Made by a program: the position numbers and the translations under genes
NCBI GenBank assembly: GCA_964016885.1
Contig: OZ024743.1
Span: 338,644,001-338,708,000, forward strand
Reading direction: 5' to 3'
Origin: Eledone cirrhosa
Lineage: Eukaryota
Length of the DNA: 64,000 nucleotides
Shown: one piece after another, positions 27,771-41,659 of the stretch
Numbering within the stretch: the stretch's first letter is position 1
Layout: the number at the start of each line of letters is the position of its first letter
The notes under the pieces: generated by a model
Seen by the model: only the letters and a program-made list of their open reading frames with translations
What the model was told of the DNA's origin: nothing
Databases searched by the model: none

Positions 27771-28919
27771 ATTGATAAAAACAATGAATAAAAGCAAAGA
27801 AACAGTTCCTTATATTAAAAAATTCATCATTTTACGATCGTTTCTATGATATATATGTGTGTGTTGGTATGTCTATCATATAGATCTATGTAAACATATT
27901 ACAAACTATCAGAGGGAATATACATACCTACACATATATATGCTGTCTTTTTGAAATAATGAAATCTAAGGATATCCTATTAAATAAGCGACAAGAATTA
28001 ATTATATCGTGCAATCATAGAATTAGAAGAACTTTCAAATATTATAAACCTACTTAATATACACCTTACACTTATATTTTACAAATTATTATAATTAGCT
28101 TTTTTAATTTAGTTAACCTATAATTAGTATTTTACTACTGAGAACTTCATAATTTTATTTCCATTTTACAGCTATCTTTTCCTAAGATTAATACCTATAA
28201 GTATACATATAAACTATTTTAATTTCCTGTTATGAATCTAAATTCCTTGTAGTCTATATAAGTTTGTTATTTCTCACTAATACATTTATCCCCCCAAAAA
28301 AAGTTTTCCTTCGTTTTTAACAACATTCTTTAATAACATCTAACTATTATTTATCACATCTATATGAATTAATATAAATTTATCCCTATAAGCAAATTTA
28401 TCCCTATGTCAATTAAATTAATTTAATTTCTTTTTATAGATCTAAATTCCTTATGTTTTAAATAAGATTGGTATTTCTCACTAACACATTTATCCTAAAA
28501 TGTTATTCTCCTTCGATTTTAACATTAGCATTATTGTTTAATAACATCAAATTTTCGTGTACCTTTCACCGGCTTCACCTCTTTTCATCCCCAAAGTATT
28601 CTTTTCATTCAAAGTATTCTTTCCATTCAAAACTGATGTCTGCATTCCTCTACCCCTAAATTAAATTTCTACTACTATCAACTTGACCACTTACTACTTT
28701 TCTATTGGTCAATTCAAAACAAATATCATTTTTCTGAATACAGCATATATATGTGTAGGTATGTATATTCCCTCTGATAGTTTGTAAAATTTTTACATAG
28801 ATCTATATGATATACATACCAAGACACACATATATATCCTAGAAACGATCGTAAAATGATGATTTTTTAATATAAGGAACTGTTTCTTTGTTTTTATTCA
28901 TTGTTTTTATTAATTTATC
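27771..28919. repeat. About 175-bp inverted repeats flanking an AT-rich core (PLE-like fold-back with a degenerate hammerhead)
   Basis: 27771-27947 vs 28740-28917; GAAA-CGATCG-TA^AAATGAT at 28842. Confidence 0.7.
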
Positions 28920-29042
28920 TTGACTCTGTTTTCCTGTGATTTTCATCGAAAAAAAATTTGAATACATCTTCTCTTTTCATGATATTTGGATGACATTGAA
29001 TTCTTCATACGGATTGGACACTACCATATATTTTGGTAGATT

Positions 29043-29091
<49 letters not shown>

Positions 29092-29143
29092 TATGAAATA
29101 CTGTTGGCTTCACGCTCACAATAATTTCTATACTTTCATATAT

Positions 29144-29174
<31 letters not shown>

Positions 29175-29201
29175 CATATATATATACATATATATATATA
29201 C

Positions 29202-29252
<51 letters not shown>

Positions 29253-29264
29253 TCTACATACTAC

Positions 29265-29365
<101 letters not shown>

Positions 29366-29728
29366 CGTGCGCGCGCGTGTGTGTATGTGTGTGTGTAAAT
29401 ATATCAGCGTGTGAGTATGTGAGAGTCTATTGATTCGAGATAGAGCAATGACATTCCTGAGACATATTAATTTAATCTTGGTGTAATGGATATGAACTGA
29501 ACGTGTAAAATATCATATGCCTGTAAAGATACTTACGAGATGTATATCTCGGCATCTTTGGATTATTCCCATGGAAACGACAGTCATCGTCTAGTATGTT
29601 GTTCTGAGAGCATTTCTTTTTCTATTCGTCTATTCTCTTCTATCAATCTATCTGTCTATCTGGTATTTCTTATTGTCTTCCCCCTCTTTCATTCTCTCTC
29701 TCTCTCTGTCTCTCTCTCTCTCTCTCTC

Positions 29729-29839
<111 letters not shown>

Positions 29840-29893
29840 ATAGTATAAGAAAAAGCGAAGTAGTTTCAGATGTTAATATCCTTTAATGATAAT

Positions 29894-29967
29894 GTTGTGA
29901 TACATATTTCAATGGCGACAGTAGCCACACGGTTCTGTGCGCCAGTGCCGCGACATCATCAGACAGC
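29894..29967 (-). ncRNA. Type I hammerhead (diverged relative of 12109-12182)
   Basis: GCTGT-CTGATGA-TGTCGCGGCACT...ACTGTCGCCATT-GAAA-TATGTA-TC^ACAAC. Confidence 0.7.
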
Positions 29968-30620
29968 TTGTTACATAATAAGGTTATGTTTCCGAGGCAA
30001 TCCAAATTGAATCGACATGGGAACGGACAAAGCGTGTGCTCTTGAGTTCTTCGCCCGTTCCCTTGTGAGTACCAATTCACCCCCACCGGTCTGCGCAGGC
30101 GCAGGTCCGAAGTAAGTTGACCATCAACTACCGCAGAGTTCTACGAAACTCGCCTAGGCAAGTCCCCCTCTCAACCAAACAATGACCCCATCCAGGCCTG
30201 TAATATGACACGGTTATAGCTTACTGCTAGCCACCCTGTTAGTGGCAGCCGGCCGAAAGCTAGTGGGGTTGGGAGAGTATGAGTATCAATAGGTCTCAAT
30301 ACTACTTTAAATTAAGCATGGACAATAGAATTGACCATCAACCTCTAAGAGTATATATACTTATTTCTAGGTATTATGGTTTCTAGTTTCAACTAGCTGG
30401 TGAAACGGCAAGAGCTCAGCCGCCAGGTTCCCGACTCTTTCCTATAACCATACTCTACTACCCCAAGTATCGAGTACTCTGGTAAGTAATGGACTAACTA
30501 GTTTCTTACTGTATCCATCAATGATTTATATATATATGTGTGTGTGTGTGTGTGTCTGTGTGTCTGTGTCTGTGTGTGTGTGTGTCTCTCTCTCTCTCTA
30601 TGTGTGTATATATATATATA

Positions 30621-33600
30621 CTAGCAGAAGTACCCGGCGTTGCCCGGGTGTGAGTCGACCTTTGCTCTGTTAAAATGTGTGAAAGTTACTTCTCGCGCAC
30701 CACAGATGCAAAAACCTTCGAACTTCAAGAAAAAAAAAACAGAGGTTAGTAGACGCAGGTGTGTAATTGAGCATAAATAATGGATCAATTGTAGGTACAC
30801 AGTGTATCGTTGAAATTGTTCTTTGCACGACTGACGGAAGTCAAATTCACTTGAAATTGAATTTTCAGTTAATTTTTAAAGCAGGGTGAAAAAGTCGATT
30901 TTTTCAAATTTTTTTTTTTTACAATTTTCGCCCTCACATGTGCAGAAGAAGAAATAAAAGGGACTTTATCTGAACTGCGGCATAATGGCGAGTCTTTTGC
31001 AACAGTTTTCAAGAAAATCGGACGTTCCTGTAAAAAGTTTTCCCATGTGCAACTTTGCCTTGTTTTTTACGCAAAGTCGAACCCCCGCTTCAGTTTTATT
31101 GATTTTTTACATGAATGCGTGATCTCTGAAGTAGATTTGAGTAGCTAAAAACCTGTCCCGGTAAATTTGCTATAGGTTAAAAAAAAGTCGATCAAAATTG
31201 TGTCTAGGGTTATTGCCCTTTGCAACAGCCGCAACGTGTCTTCAAGTATGGTTTGTTAATTTGTTATGGAACTAAATCGACTTTCGTCAAATCGGACCGA
31301 GGAAATAATGTTTCCATTTGTCTTTCTAGCTGGTGTACTCGGTTACACTCGGGGTTATAAGGTGCTGGATTTAAACGGATCTGCGCTAAATTCCAACAGG
31401 ATGCTTTAACCGAAATAAATGAAGAACAAACGTTTCTTTTTGTGCTCCAATCTGTGATACTGGTATTTTGAAAAAATAGTCCACAAACATCCATGGAGCA
31501 TGTGTAACGCATGTATCAGGTTATGAGAAAAAGGGTTTTCGATTCTCCATTCATAAGATACCAAAAAATTGCACGCAAATAAACCGCGATTTTAAGGCAC
31601 TGCCCAATTCATAGCTGAAAGGTAAGAATCAAGTGGAATAATGTTTTGCGACATTGTCAAATGTACAACCGTACAAAGGCAAAGGATATAGCCATTGAAA
31701 TCTAGGTAGACCAAAGAATTTGGTGGGGTTGTATATCAGAGGATTGCTTTCCTTGTGATTCGCGTCTAGCCTACAAAGTGAAGTTAGATGATTGTAGTCG
31801 GTGTTGTATCAATAAAAAATAAAAGCATACGGAAGACTGAACACTTACGAATTAAGTGAAAATCACGTTGATATTCCTATCGGAGCAACATGTGCCGAAA
31901 AACCTGACGGACTGTTGTGTCAGTATTGAAATCGTAGAAATTGCGAATCCCGACCTCTAAGATGTAATGGATAGGCCTTGGGGGTGAAGAGGAAGGATTT
32001 GGTACAATTGTTTTGCTGAACATGTTGAACATTAATTTAAATAGACTTACGCAGTATCATCGTGCGGTTTTGTTGTTTATGGCCTAGAATGAGGGCCAGT
32101 TAAACGCGGCAGAAAAATAAGCCATGCTGATGATGTTTAGGGGCGTCGCAGGGAATAGATGCGGCGTTGTGAGTCAATTGTGAGGACAGTGGAAGGCACG
32201 TTGATCGCTTGAGAAGACGCGATGCTACACAAGATGCTTCTCGGCCATAATTGACAGAAAGGCATGTCAGGAGAAATGAAAGAGTTGCTATTCATCCTTT
32301 GCTTAGCATGATGAACATGTAATTAAAAAGATTTAGCATGGACTATCGTGCACGTTGGTATTGTGTTTAGCCTGCGAAAATCGGTGGTCAAATGGGGCAA
32401 CAATAAGCGATGCTGATGACGTTTAAGCAGGTGGCAAGGAATTGATGCGGCATAGATAGCCATGGGAGTTTTAGGTGCACGGCGGTCAGGAAAAAGAAAG
32501 GGCCGTGAAGGGGATGGAGGCTGACAGTGCATGGATGCGGCATCCTGAGGCATGACGATGCAGTGGGACGACGGCCAGCAGGCAAGGAAGAGGGCAGGGG
32601 TGGACGGAGGCAAGGATGCCGCATGGTGAGCCATGGCAGTCTTGAAGGAGCATTGCGGGCAGGTAAAAGAAAGGGTCGAGGAGGGGATGGCGGCTGACAG
32701 AGAATTGATGCGGCATGGTGATGCATGACGATGCAGTGGGACGACGGCGTGCAGGGAACAAAGAGGGCATGGTTGACGGTGGCAGGGATGCGACTTGGTC
32801 CCTCAATACTGCCATGCCTAGGCAGTGGAAAGGGTCGGGGAGTGGATGGCGGCTGACAGGGCAGGGATGCAACATGATGAGGCATGACGAAAGGGCAGGG
32901 TGAATGGCGGCTGACAGGGCGTGGGTGCGGCATGCCAATTGAGTTGCACCTCGGGAATGTAGAGAGCACCGGGAAGCACGATGATTGTTTGAGAAAACTG
33001 GGTACAAGGCAGGAGCATGGTGGGCAGGCAAAAGAAAGGGCCGATGAGGGGATGGTGGCCGACAGGGCAGTAATGCGGTATGGTGAGGCATGGCGATGCA
33101 GTGGGACGACGGCGTGCAGGGAAGGGAGAGGGCATGGGTTGACGGTGGCAGGGATGCGGCTTGGTCAGGCATAGAAGTCTTGAGTTCTCACGGAGTGTAG
33201 GCAATGGAAATGGGCAGGGGTGGACGGTGGCAGGGATTCGGCATGTTGAGCCATGGCAGTCCTTAGGGACCACGGGAGGGGGGGGGGCAGGCAATGGAAA
33301 GGGCCGGGTAATGAATTGCGGCTGACAGGGCAGAGATGATGCACAACGATGCAGTGGGTCGACGGCGTGCAGGGAAGGGAGAGGGCAGGGGTTGACGGAT
33401 GCCTCGTTATGCTACGGTAGTGGGACCACAGGAATGAAGAGAGCGCATAGAAATTCGATGATCGCTTGAGAAGACTGGGCGCAATACAGGATGATGAGCG
33501 GCGGTATAGTCTTGATAGTCCTTATATAAGAAATGGAAGAATCGGCATAAAAGGTTTGCTGAATATGGTGAGCGTTAATTTAAAGAGACTTACGGTGGAT

Positions 33601-34106
33601 AATCCTGATAGATTGAACGTTTTTTGCATGGCGGGAGTCGCGACAAATAGAAGCAAGAAGAATGGAGTTTTTCGGTTGCCGGATGGTGATGCTCAATGAA
33701 GCTGATAGATAACGGTGTCCGCGAAGGGATGCTTTAAGGCTCTGCATGGAGAATTGGCCCCAGAGTAGGAGATATTGCGCCATTGATAATTAAACTATGA
33801 ATAATTGTGGTAATATCAAATTTCATTGAAATCGGACGAATTCTGAAAATATCGATTTTTGCCTCTGGGGTCCGATTATCAAAATACACACTTGCGTCGA
33901 ATTTCATCGAAATCGGACGATTTTTGAAAATATCGACTTTTGCCTTCTGGGGGCCCGATTATCGATTTTTCGAAAATTTCAAGTAGCCTATTCCAATCTA
34001 CGGGTCGAGTTTTATATATGTGTCAAGTTTCATGAAAATCGGATGAACGGTGTAGCCTGCAACTTCGGGACACCAAACAAACAAACAACAACGCCCAACT
34101 TCGCTT

Positions 34107-34112
<6 letters not shown>
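30621..34112 (-). mobile_element. Non-autonomous Helitron with internal GC-rich minisatellite and possible eroded PIF1-helicase remnants
   Basis: Minus-strand 3' end CCCGGGCAACGCCGGG hairpin + CTAG; 5' end TATAAAG..GTTTGTTTG within (TA)n; weak remnants GQCLKIAVYL and PFFSH. Confidence 0.7.
32440..33400. repeat. GC-rich degenerate tandem repeat inside the Helitron
   Basis: Recurrent CGATGCAGTGGGACGACGGC and GGCGGCTGACAGGGC motifs. Confidence 0.8.
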
Positions 34113-34195
<83 letters not shown>

Positions 34196-34381
34196 TATTA
34201 CAGAGGGATCTATACGAGATTAACTATTTAACCAGAAACAGAAAAACAGACCTCATAAACTCGTATAAGCGTCTGAAGATAGATCACAATTTTTATCCCT
34301 CTTGTGTTCTAGATGTGTAGTCAATATTGGGCCTTGGAACTATGGGTAGCGCTTTTGTTCCCTGTATGAACATAAATAGAT

Positions 34382-34569
34382 AATTGTTTCTACTTTTGGC
34401 ACAAGGCCAGCAATTAACCAGTGCATTACTGGTATTTATTTTATCGACCCTGTAAGGATGAAAGGCAAAGTTAACCTTGACGGGATTTGAACTCAGAATG
34501 GCAAGGGCCGTAATTCTATGCGTCAAAGCATGACGTCTGACCCTCTACCGATACTGCCAATCCACCGCC
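34382..34569 (-). mobile_element. tRNA-derived SINE
   Basis: GGCACAAGGCCAGCAATT...ATTTTATCGACCC..GGATGAAAGGCAAAG..GGATTTGAACTCAG family. Confidence 0.85.
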
Positions 34570-34604
34570 ATGAACATAAATAGATCATATAAATAAATTT
34601 TATG

Positions 34605-34642
<38 letters not shown>

Positions 34643-34684
34643 AGGAAACGAAAAATCAGTGATGCATCTGGACTTAGTTTATTT

Positions 34685-34775
34685 CGTGTTACAAATGTTT
34701 CGCCGGCATGTGGCTCGAGATATGGTCCTTGTATGGATCTGGCTGATTCTACTTCTGCGGGTTCTTTCAGACACG
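34685..34775 (-). ncRNA. Degenerate type I hammerhead candidate
   Basis: CGTGT-CTGAAAGA-ACCCGC...GCCGGC-GAAA-CATTTG-TA^ACACG; extra A in the core and imperfect stem II. Confidence 0.5.
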
Positions 34776-35413
34776 GGTGTTTCGTTCAGAGCAAATTTTA
34801 TCACTGGGGTATTATCAACAAAAGAACACCCTCAAAAAACCCTATTTCCACTCCTGTCATGCCATTGGCTGTTTTTACTCCACGTCATCACAAATTCTGG
34901 TCAGTATCTGCTGCCACACGGTTCATCAACCATTTTTCCGTCCGACACATTTCAATGGAGTCATGCTGGGTTCAGTACTTCACACGCCTGCTCACACTTC
35001 AGATTAAGCACCCACACGTACTAGAATACACACATAAAAACACACACACACATGTAGACACATACCTATCGTACGCCTACATGCGCAGACACACACACAC
35101 CCACATACATACATCGCAGTATATATACTCACATACCCTCTCTCCCTCACTTCCACGGACCCAGTCACACCCACTTGTTGATACATATCGGCACAAGTCT
35201 TCTGACGGTTGTTTACGTCGCGCTCTGTGTCAATTAGGATAAGCATATACTACTCAAACGTACACATATATACATACATACTCGCGCACATACACATTCG
35301 CCCAACCTTCTATACATGTAAATATATATATATATATACACACTCATACACACACCTATATACATACACACATACCTACCCATATATACATATATACACA
35401 CGTGTATACACCC

Positions 35414-35444
<31 letters not shown>

Positions 35445-35885
35445 TACATACATACACACACGCATATATATAAATGTATACTCACACATGTCCACACATA
35501 CATACGAATACACATACATAGATAAACATTACCTACACAGGTACATACACACACACACACACATATATATATATATTTATATATATACATATATATAACA
35601 GAAAAGGGACAACTTAACATGCGTACGCACATCCACACATATACATACAAATACCCACGCATATGCCGATATACATACATCTACACATGCATACGCATAC
35701 GTGTTGCCACATGCATACACCTGCACGCATGCACATCTGCCTACACACACAAAAGTGCCACCACATATACATATATAAACACACCTGTAAGTGAACAGTT
35801 AAAAATACATTATGCAATAAACAGTATAATAACGGTAAATTATCGTAATATAAGAAAAATATACAATATAATATAATATACAATA

Positions 35886-35920
<35 letters not shown>

Positions 35921-36975
35921 CCTGTTATACATATATACACACACATATATATACACATATATATATACACACACACGTACACGGACTTATACATACATAT
36001 ACGGATATATACGGATATATATAGAGGATATGTGATAAAATAATACAAGAATAATAGTATTAATAAAAAAATTAAAAAATCATACATAGTCCATATATAA
36101 TCATCCGCACACATTCTTATGAGATGCACATAACCACATACTTGTATGCACAAATACATATACACACACATAGATAGAGGCCTGCAAATGTATGCATCTG
36201 CACCCACATACACATTCACATATATACACACACACACACACATATATATACGCACACTTACCCACCCGCACACACACACCTACTCATACGTGGCTATACG
36301 TACATACTCACACATACACATATAGGCATATATATATACATATATGCTCATATATAGACACATATATACACTTATACACCCACCCACATACACATACACC
36401 CACATTCCGCCACATATGTATATATATGCACACGTCTGCACCTACAGGCGCGTATAAGCTCGTGCACACACGCACCCATGCCCATACACACACCCCCGAC
36501 ACCCACCCACGTATATATACATATACATACATACGCATCTACTCACACACACACGCACATACACCCACACACATGGCCACACATAAAAACTCGTGAACAT
36601 AAACACAATATGATAATAAAATAAAATACATAAATAAATTTACAATATTTTAGGGTACATTAAAATCTGTGTGTAACTGCATAAATAGGTACAAGAAAAG
36701 AAGGGGCAAAATAAAGGAACAGGTATAATAAAAAAGAAAAGAAAAAACGGTGGGGGTGGGGGGAGGTACAGGAGAAGGTGCGTGCGTCCATGCGATATAC
36801 TACACATAGGTATTATGAGATGCAAACTTGTGTCCGTGTATAGAACAGGTAACAGTAACAGAACAATGATAGAACAATATTAACAATTACTGTTCCAAAG
36901 TGGAACAGGTGTAGAGTATATAGTCATGATTGACGGTGTACACATTCAATGTGACGCCCGCCACGGTCGCCATGG

Positions 36976-37058
<83 letters not shown>

Positions 37059-37100
37059 GTGTATGTATATATATATATTACAAAAACAACAATAATAATA

Positions 37101-37460
37101 ATTGTTTCTACATTTGGCACAAGGCCAGCAAGTATCCCAGTGTATTACTGGTACTTTATTTTATCGATCTCGTAATTCAAAGCTAACCTCAGCGGGATTT
37201 GAACATAAAGGGCCATAACTCTCTGCCGCTAAGCAGGTTGTCAGACTCCCTGCCGATTCTGACAATCCAACAACAATAATGATAATGATGGTTTCTGATA
37301 TAAGCACAAGGGCAACAATTTTGGAGGCGAACAAAGTCGATTAAATCGACCCCAGTGTGTTACTGGTACTTTATTTTATCGACCCCATAAATATGAAATG
37401 TAAAGCTGACCTTGACGAGATTTGAACTAATAACATGAATGGGCTTAACTCTATGTCGAA
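37101..37460 (-). mobile_element. Two tandem SINE copies
   Basis: Same SINE core motifs. Confidence 0.75.
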
Positions 37461-37535
37461 CAACAATAATAATAATAGATACAACGTTCAATAGACCAAA
37501 ATCCCGAAAGTATCCAATAAAAGTTATATAGTTTA

Positions 37536-38168
37536 CTAGCAGTGGTATCCGGCGTTGCACGGGATAAGGTATTTTAGAACGCGGGCCGCATCGTGGAAAA
37601 ACTACATGGCTGGACAATATGTAAAGAAAATAAACCGAATACTCTGAAGGTTGGATAATCTTAAAAATTTTCCTCGATGAAGCAGGGAAAATGCAGGTTT
37701 TCACCTAATGCGGGCCCTAGGGGATCAAGAAAATGACTCTTTTTATGTGCATAATATGCTTTGAAATTTCGGGAAAATCGGCTAGACGTAACGCCTCAAA
37801 AAAGCCCTAAAAAGCTGAAAAAATGAAGTTTTTCACCTAATGCGGTCCCTAGGCCATAAAAAAGTTGGATTTTCTTTACTCACAGTATGAAGAAGAGACT
37901 GACTAATAAATAGTTACAATTTCAAGGAAATCGGTCTGACGTAACGCCTCAAAAAACCCCTAAAAAGCTGAAAAAACGCAGTTTTTCACCTAATGCGGGC
38001 CCAAGGGGATCAAAAGGTTGATAGTTTTATGTGCATAACACTCCCTGAAACATAAGTAATACACATGTAAAGTCTGAAAAAAATCGGTTGGGTACTTCTC
38101 GAGTTTTAGGGATTCAAACTCACAGACACACACACACAGACAGACATCCTCAGTTTTATATATATAGA
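37536..38168 (-). mobile_element. Non-autonomous Helitron
   Basis: 5' TCTATATATATAAAA..GTCTGTCTG; 3' CCCGTGCAACGCCGG hairpin + CTAG; internal repeats of about 150 bp. Confidence 0.75.
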
Positions 38169-38628
38169 CTAGCAGAAAACCACCCGATGGGTGGTTTTCT
38201 GCTAGTCGATATATATTTAACACACACACAAACACACAAACACAAACACAGACACACACACACATACATATATATATATACACCCATGTTCATATTTTGA
38301 GATGCATTATTCTCAAATCAGATTATTATCTCTGACAGGAAGAACCAGTTTATAATTTTTAAGAAAAATTAAGCATACAGACATATTTTAGGAAACTTAT
38401 GAATTCCTGTACACACACACACACACACAAACACTTACACAGATACACACAGACACACGCACAGACAGACACACACGCATACAGACACATACGCTAACAC
38501 ACACACATACCATACACACACTCATACATACGCACATATGCACACACGCTAACACACACATACACACGCACATACACACTTAAACCTATATATATAGAGA
38601 GAGAGAGACACACATAATATACATATAT

Positions 38629-38815
38629 AATTGTTTCTACTTTAGGCACAAGGCCAGCAATTACCCAGTGCATTACTGGTACTTTATTTTATCGACCCCG
38701 TAAGGATGAAAGGCAAAGTCAACCTCGGCGGGATTTGAACTCAGATCGTAAAGGGACGTAACTATGCTGGAAAGCATGGCGTCCGACCCTCTACCGATAC
38801 TGCCAATCCACCGCC
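38629..38815 (-). mobile_element. tRNA-derived SINE
   Basis: Full-length family copy. Confidence 0.85.
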
Positions 38816-39435
38816 CCCATATATAATATATATATATAATATATATATATATATATTATATATATATATATTATATATACACACACACATATAACACACA
38901 CCCATATATAAAACACACACACGCACACACATACATATAACACACACACACATATATAACACGCACACACATACACACACACATACACACACACATACAC
39001 ACACACATATAACACACACGCATATAATACACACACACACACGCATACACACACATATAACACACACACACATATATATATATATTATATGCTCAGCCCC
39101 AGTGAGTTGGTTAAAACACCAAAAGCCAGTCTTAAAGTTGTCGTCTGTAAATTCAAAGAACTCGGCTGTGTCTGGCTATATCTCCATGGTAACTACTCCA
39201 AGGTCACGCGTGCCATGGCTGGGAACGCAGGTGCCACGTGCTGGCCTAGAACGCTGGTTGTTGGAATCAGTGGTCGACGACATAACATATATATTATATG
39301 TGATGTGGAATAGTATAAATATTTCTTCGTATTTACTAACATATATATATATATTATACTGTATATTATATATACATACATTATATATATATTATTAATA
39401 TATTACATACGTACATTTATTTATATATATATATA

Positions 39436-41130
39436 ATTTAGAAATTAAAAATTAAAAAATATATGATCAACACTACTGTGTTTTTTTTTTTTTTTTTTTT
39501 TTTTTTTGCAAAATGACAATAATTTTTTTTTTTTAGCCAGATAGAAATACCTTAATTCAAGTACATATAGTCCGTCTGTATCGATCTAGAGAATTTTAAA
39601 TATTAAATCTATACTTACAGACGTAAAATGGCAACTGCCTGGTGCCTAGACAAGTTTAAATTTAAAAATTCAGATCGGGCAGAACTTCAAAACATAAACC
39701 TGTTTCACAAGGGATGTTATACTAATGAAATAATTAATTAATTACGGAACAACTATTTATAAAATAATTATTAGTAGAGTAATCAATTTTCTGTGATCTA
39801 CGGTAGGCACCCAGAAATTAAAATCACTTCTCCTAAGACAGTATCTTAAGACTGATCTGTCGCAAGCCTAATACATGTGCTTTTGCACACGACTTTCTCA
39901 GCATTCTGGCTCATATCCATGGCGCTAGAAATAACAGCCGTGAATATGTGATTATGAATTCAGCTCGACCGTAGGAGCAGATAAATTCAGTTTAGTAATC
40001 ATTTACAAATATTAAGCTCTAAGAAAAAGCACATGTATTAGGCTTGCGACAGATCAGTCTTAAGATACTGTCTTAGGAGAACTGATTTTAATTTCTGGGT
40101 GCCTACCGTAGATCACAGGAAATTGATTACTCTACTAATAATTATTTTATAAATAGTTGTTCCGTAGTTAATTAATTATTTCATTAGTATAACATCCCTT
40201 GTGAAACAGGTTTATGTTTTGAAGTTCTGCCCGATCTGCTGAAAAGGTTTGAATTTTGAAATTTAAACTTGTCTAGGCACCAGGCAGTTGCCATTTTACG
40301 TCTGTAAGTATAGATTTAATATTTAAAATTCTCTAGATCGATACAGACGGACTATATGTACTTGAATTAAGGTATTTCTATCTGGCTAAAAAATTATTGT
40401 CATTTTGCAAAAAAAAAAAAAACACAGTAGTGTTGATCATATATTTTTTAATTTTTAATTTCTAAATTGTAATGTAATGCTCAGAAGTATTTTTCTTAGA
40501 ACTTAATATTTGTAAATGACTACTAAACTGAATTTATCTGCTCCTACGGTCGAGCTGAATTCATAATCACATATTCACGGCTGTTATTTCTAGCGCCATG
40601 GATATGAGCCAGAATGCTGAGAAAGTCGTGTGCAAAAGCACATGTATTAGGCTTGCGACAGATCAGTCTTAAGATACTGTCTTAGGAGAAGTGATTTTAA
40701 TTTCTGGGTGCCTACCGTAGATCACAGAAAATTGATTACTCTACTAATAATTATTTTATAAATAGTTGTTCCGTAATTAATTAATTATTTCATTAGTATA
40801 ACATCCCTTGTGAAACAGGTTTATGTTTTGAAGTTCTGCCCGATCTGAATTTTTAAATTTAAACTTGTCTAGGCACCAGGCAGTTGCCATTTTACGTCTG
40901 TAAGTATAGATTTAATATTTAAAATTCTCTAGATCGATACAGACGGACTATATGTACTTGAATTAAGGTATTTCTATCTGGCTAAAAAAAAAAAATTATT
41001 GTCATTTTGCAAAAAAAAAAAAAACACAGTAGTGTTGATCATATATTTTTTAATTTTTAATTTCTAAATTGTAATGTAATGCTCAGAAGTATTTTTCTTA
41101 GAGCTTAATATTTGTAAATGACTACTAAAC

Positions 41131-41135
<5 letters not shown>
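39436..41135. repeat. Inverted arm (about 590 bp) + about 1.8 tandem copies of a ~610-bp unit, between (TA)n tracts
   Basis: 39436-40028 is the reverse complement of about 40490-41070; AGCACATGTATTAGGC at 40028 and 40637. Confidence 0.9.
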
Positions 41136-41215
<80 letters not shown>

Positions 41216-41469
41216 TAAAATAAAAGATTAAAGTTTAAGCAAAGAATCGCTGCTTTCACCCTTAACGGGATCTTCTGAAACAGTTCTAGTCTATATATTT
41301 CTGTGTGTGTATATATATATATTACACACACAGAAATGTATATATATTTCTTAGAACAAAATTATTATTGTTTTGCTGTTCATAACAATTGGAATTGAAA
41401 AATTACTTTTGAAATTATTAGTTATTTTACTAATGCTTAGATATGTAAAAATGAAGCAATGTTTCTAAT

Positions 41470-41658
41470 AATTGTTTCTACTTTTGGCACAAGGCCAGCA
41501 ATTACCAGTACATTACTGGTACTTTATTTTATTGACCCCGTGAGGATGAAAGGCAAAGTTAACCTCGGCGGTATTTGAACTCAGACCGTAAAGGGACGTA
41601 ACTCCATGCTATGAAGCATGGTGTCCGACTCTCTACAGATTCTGCCAATCCACCGCCC
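41470..41658 (-). mobile_element. tRNA-derived SINE
   Basis: Full-length family copy. Confidence 0.85.
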
Positions 41659-41659
41659 T

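Noticed and set aside
32323-33294. Several 100-230 aa Pro/His/Cys-rich ORFs
   Set aside because: Overlapping frames from a GC-rich minisatellite; no domain motif
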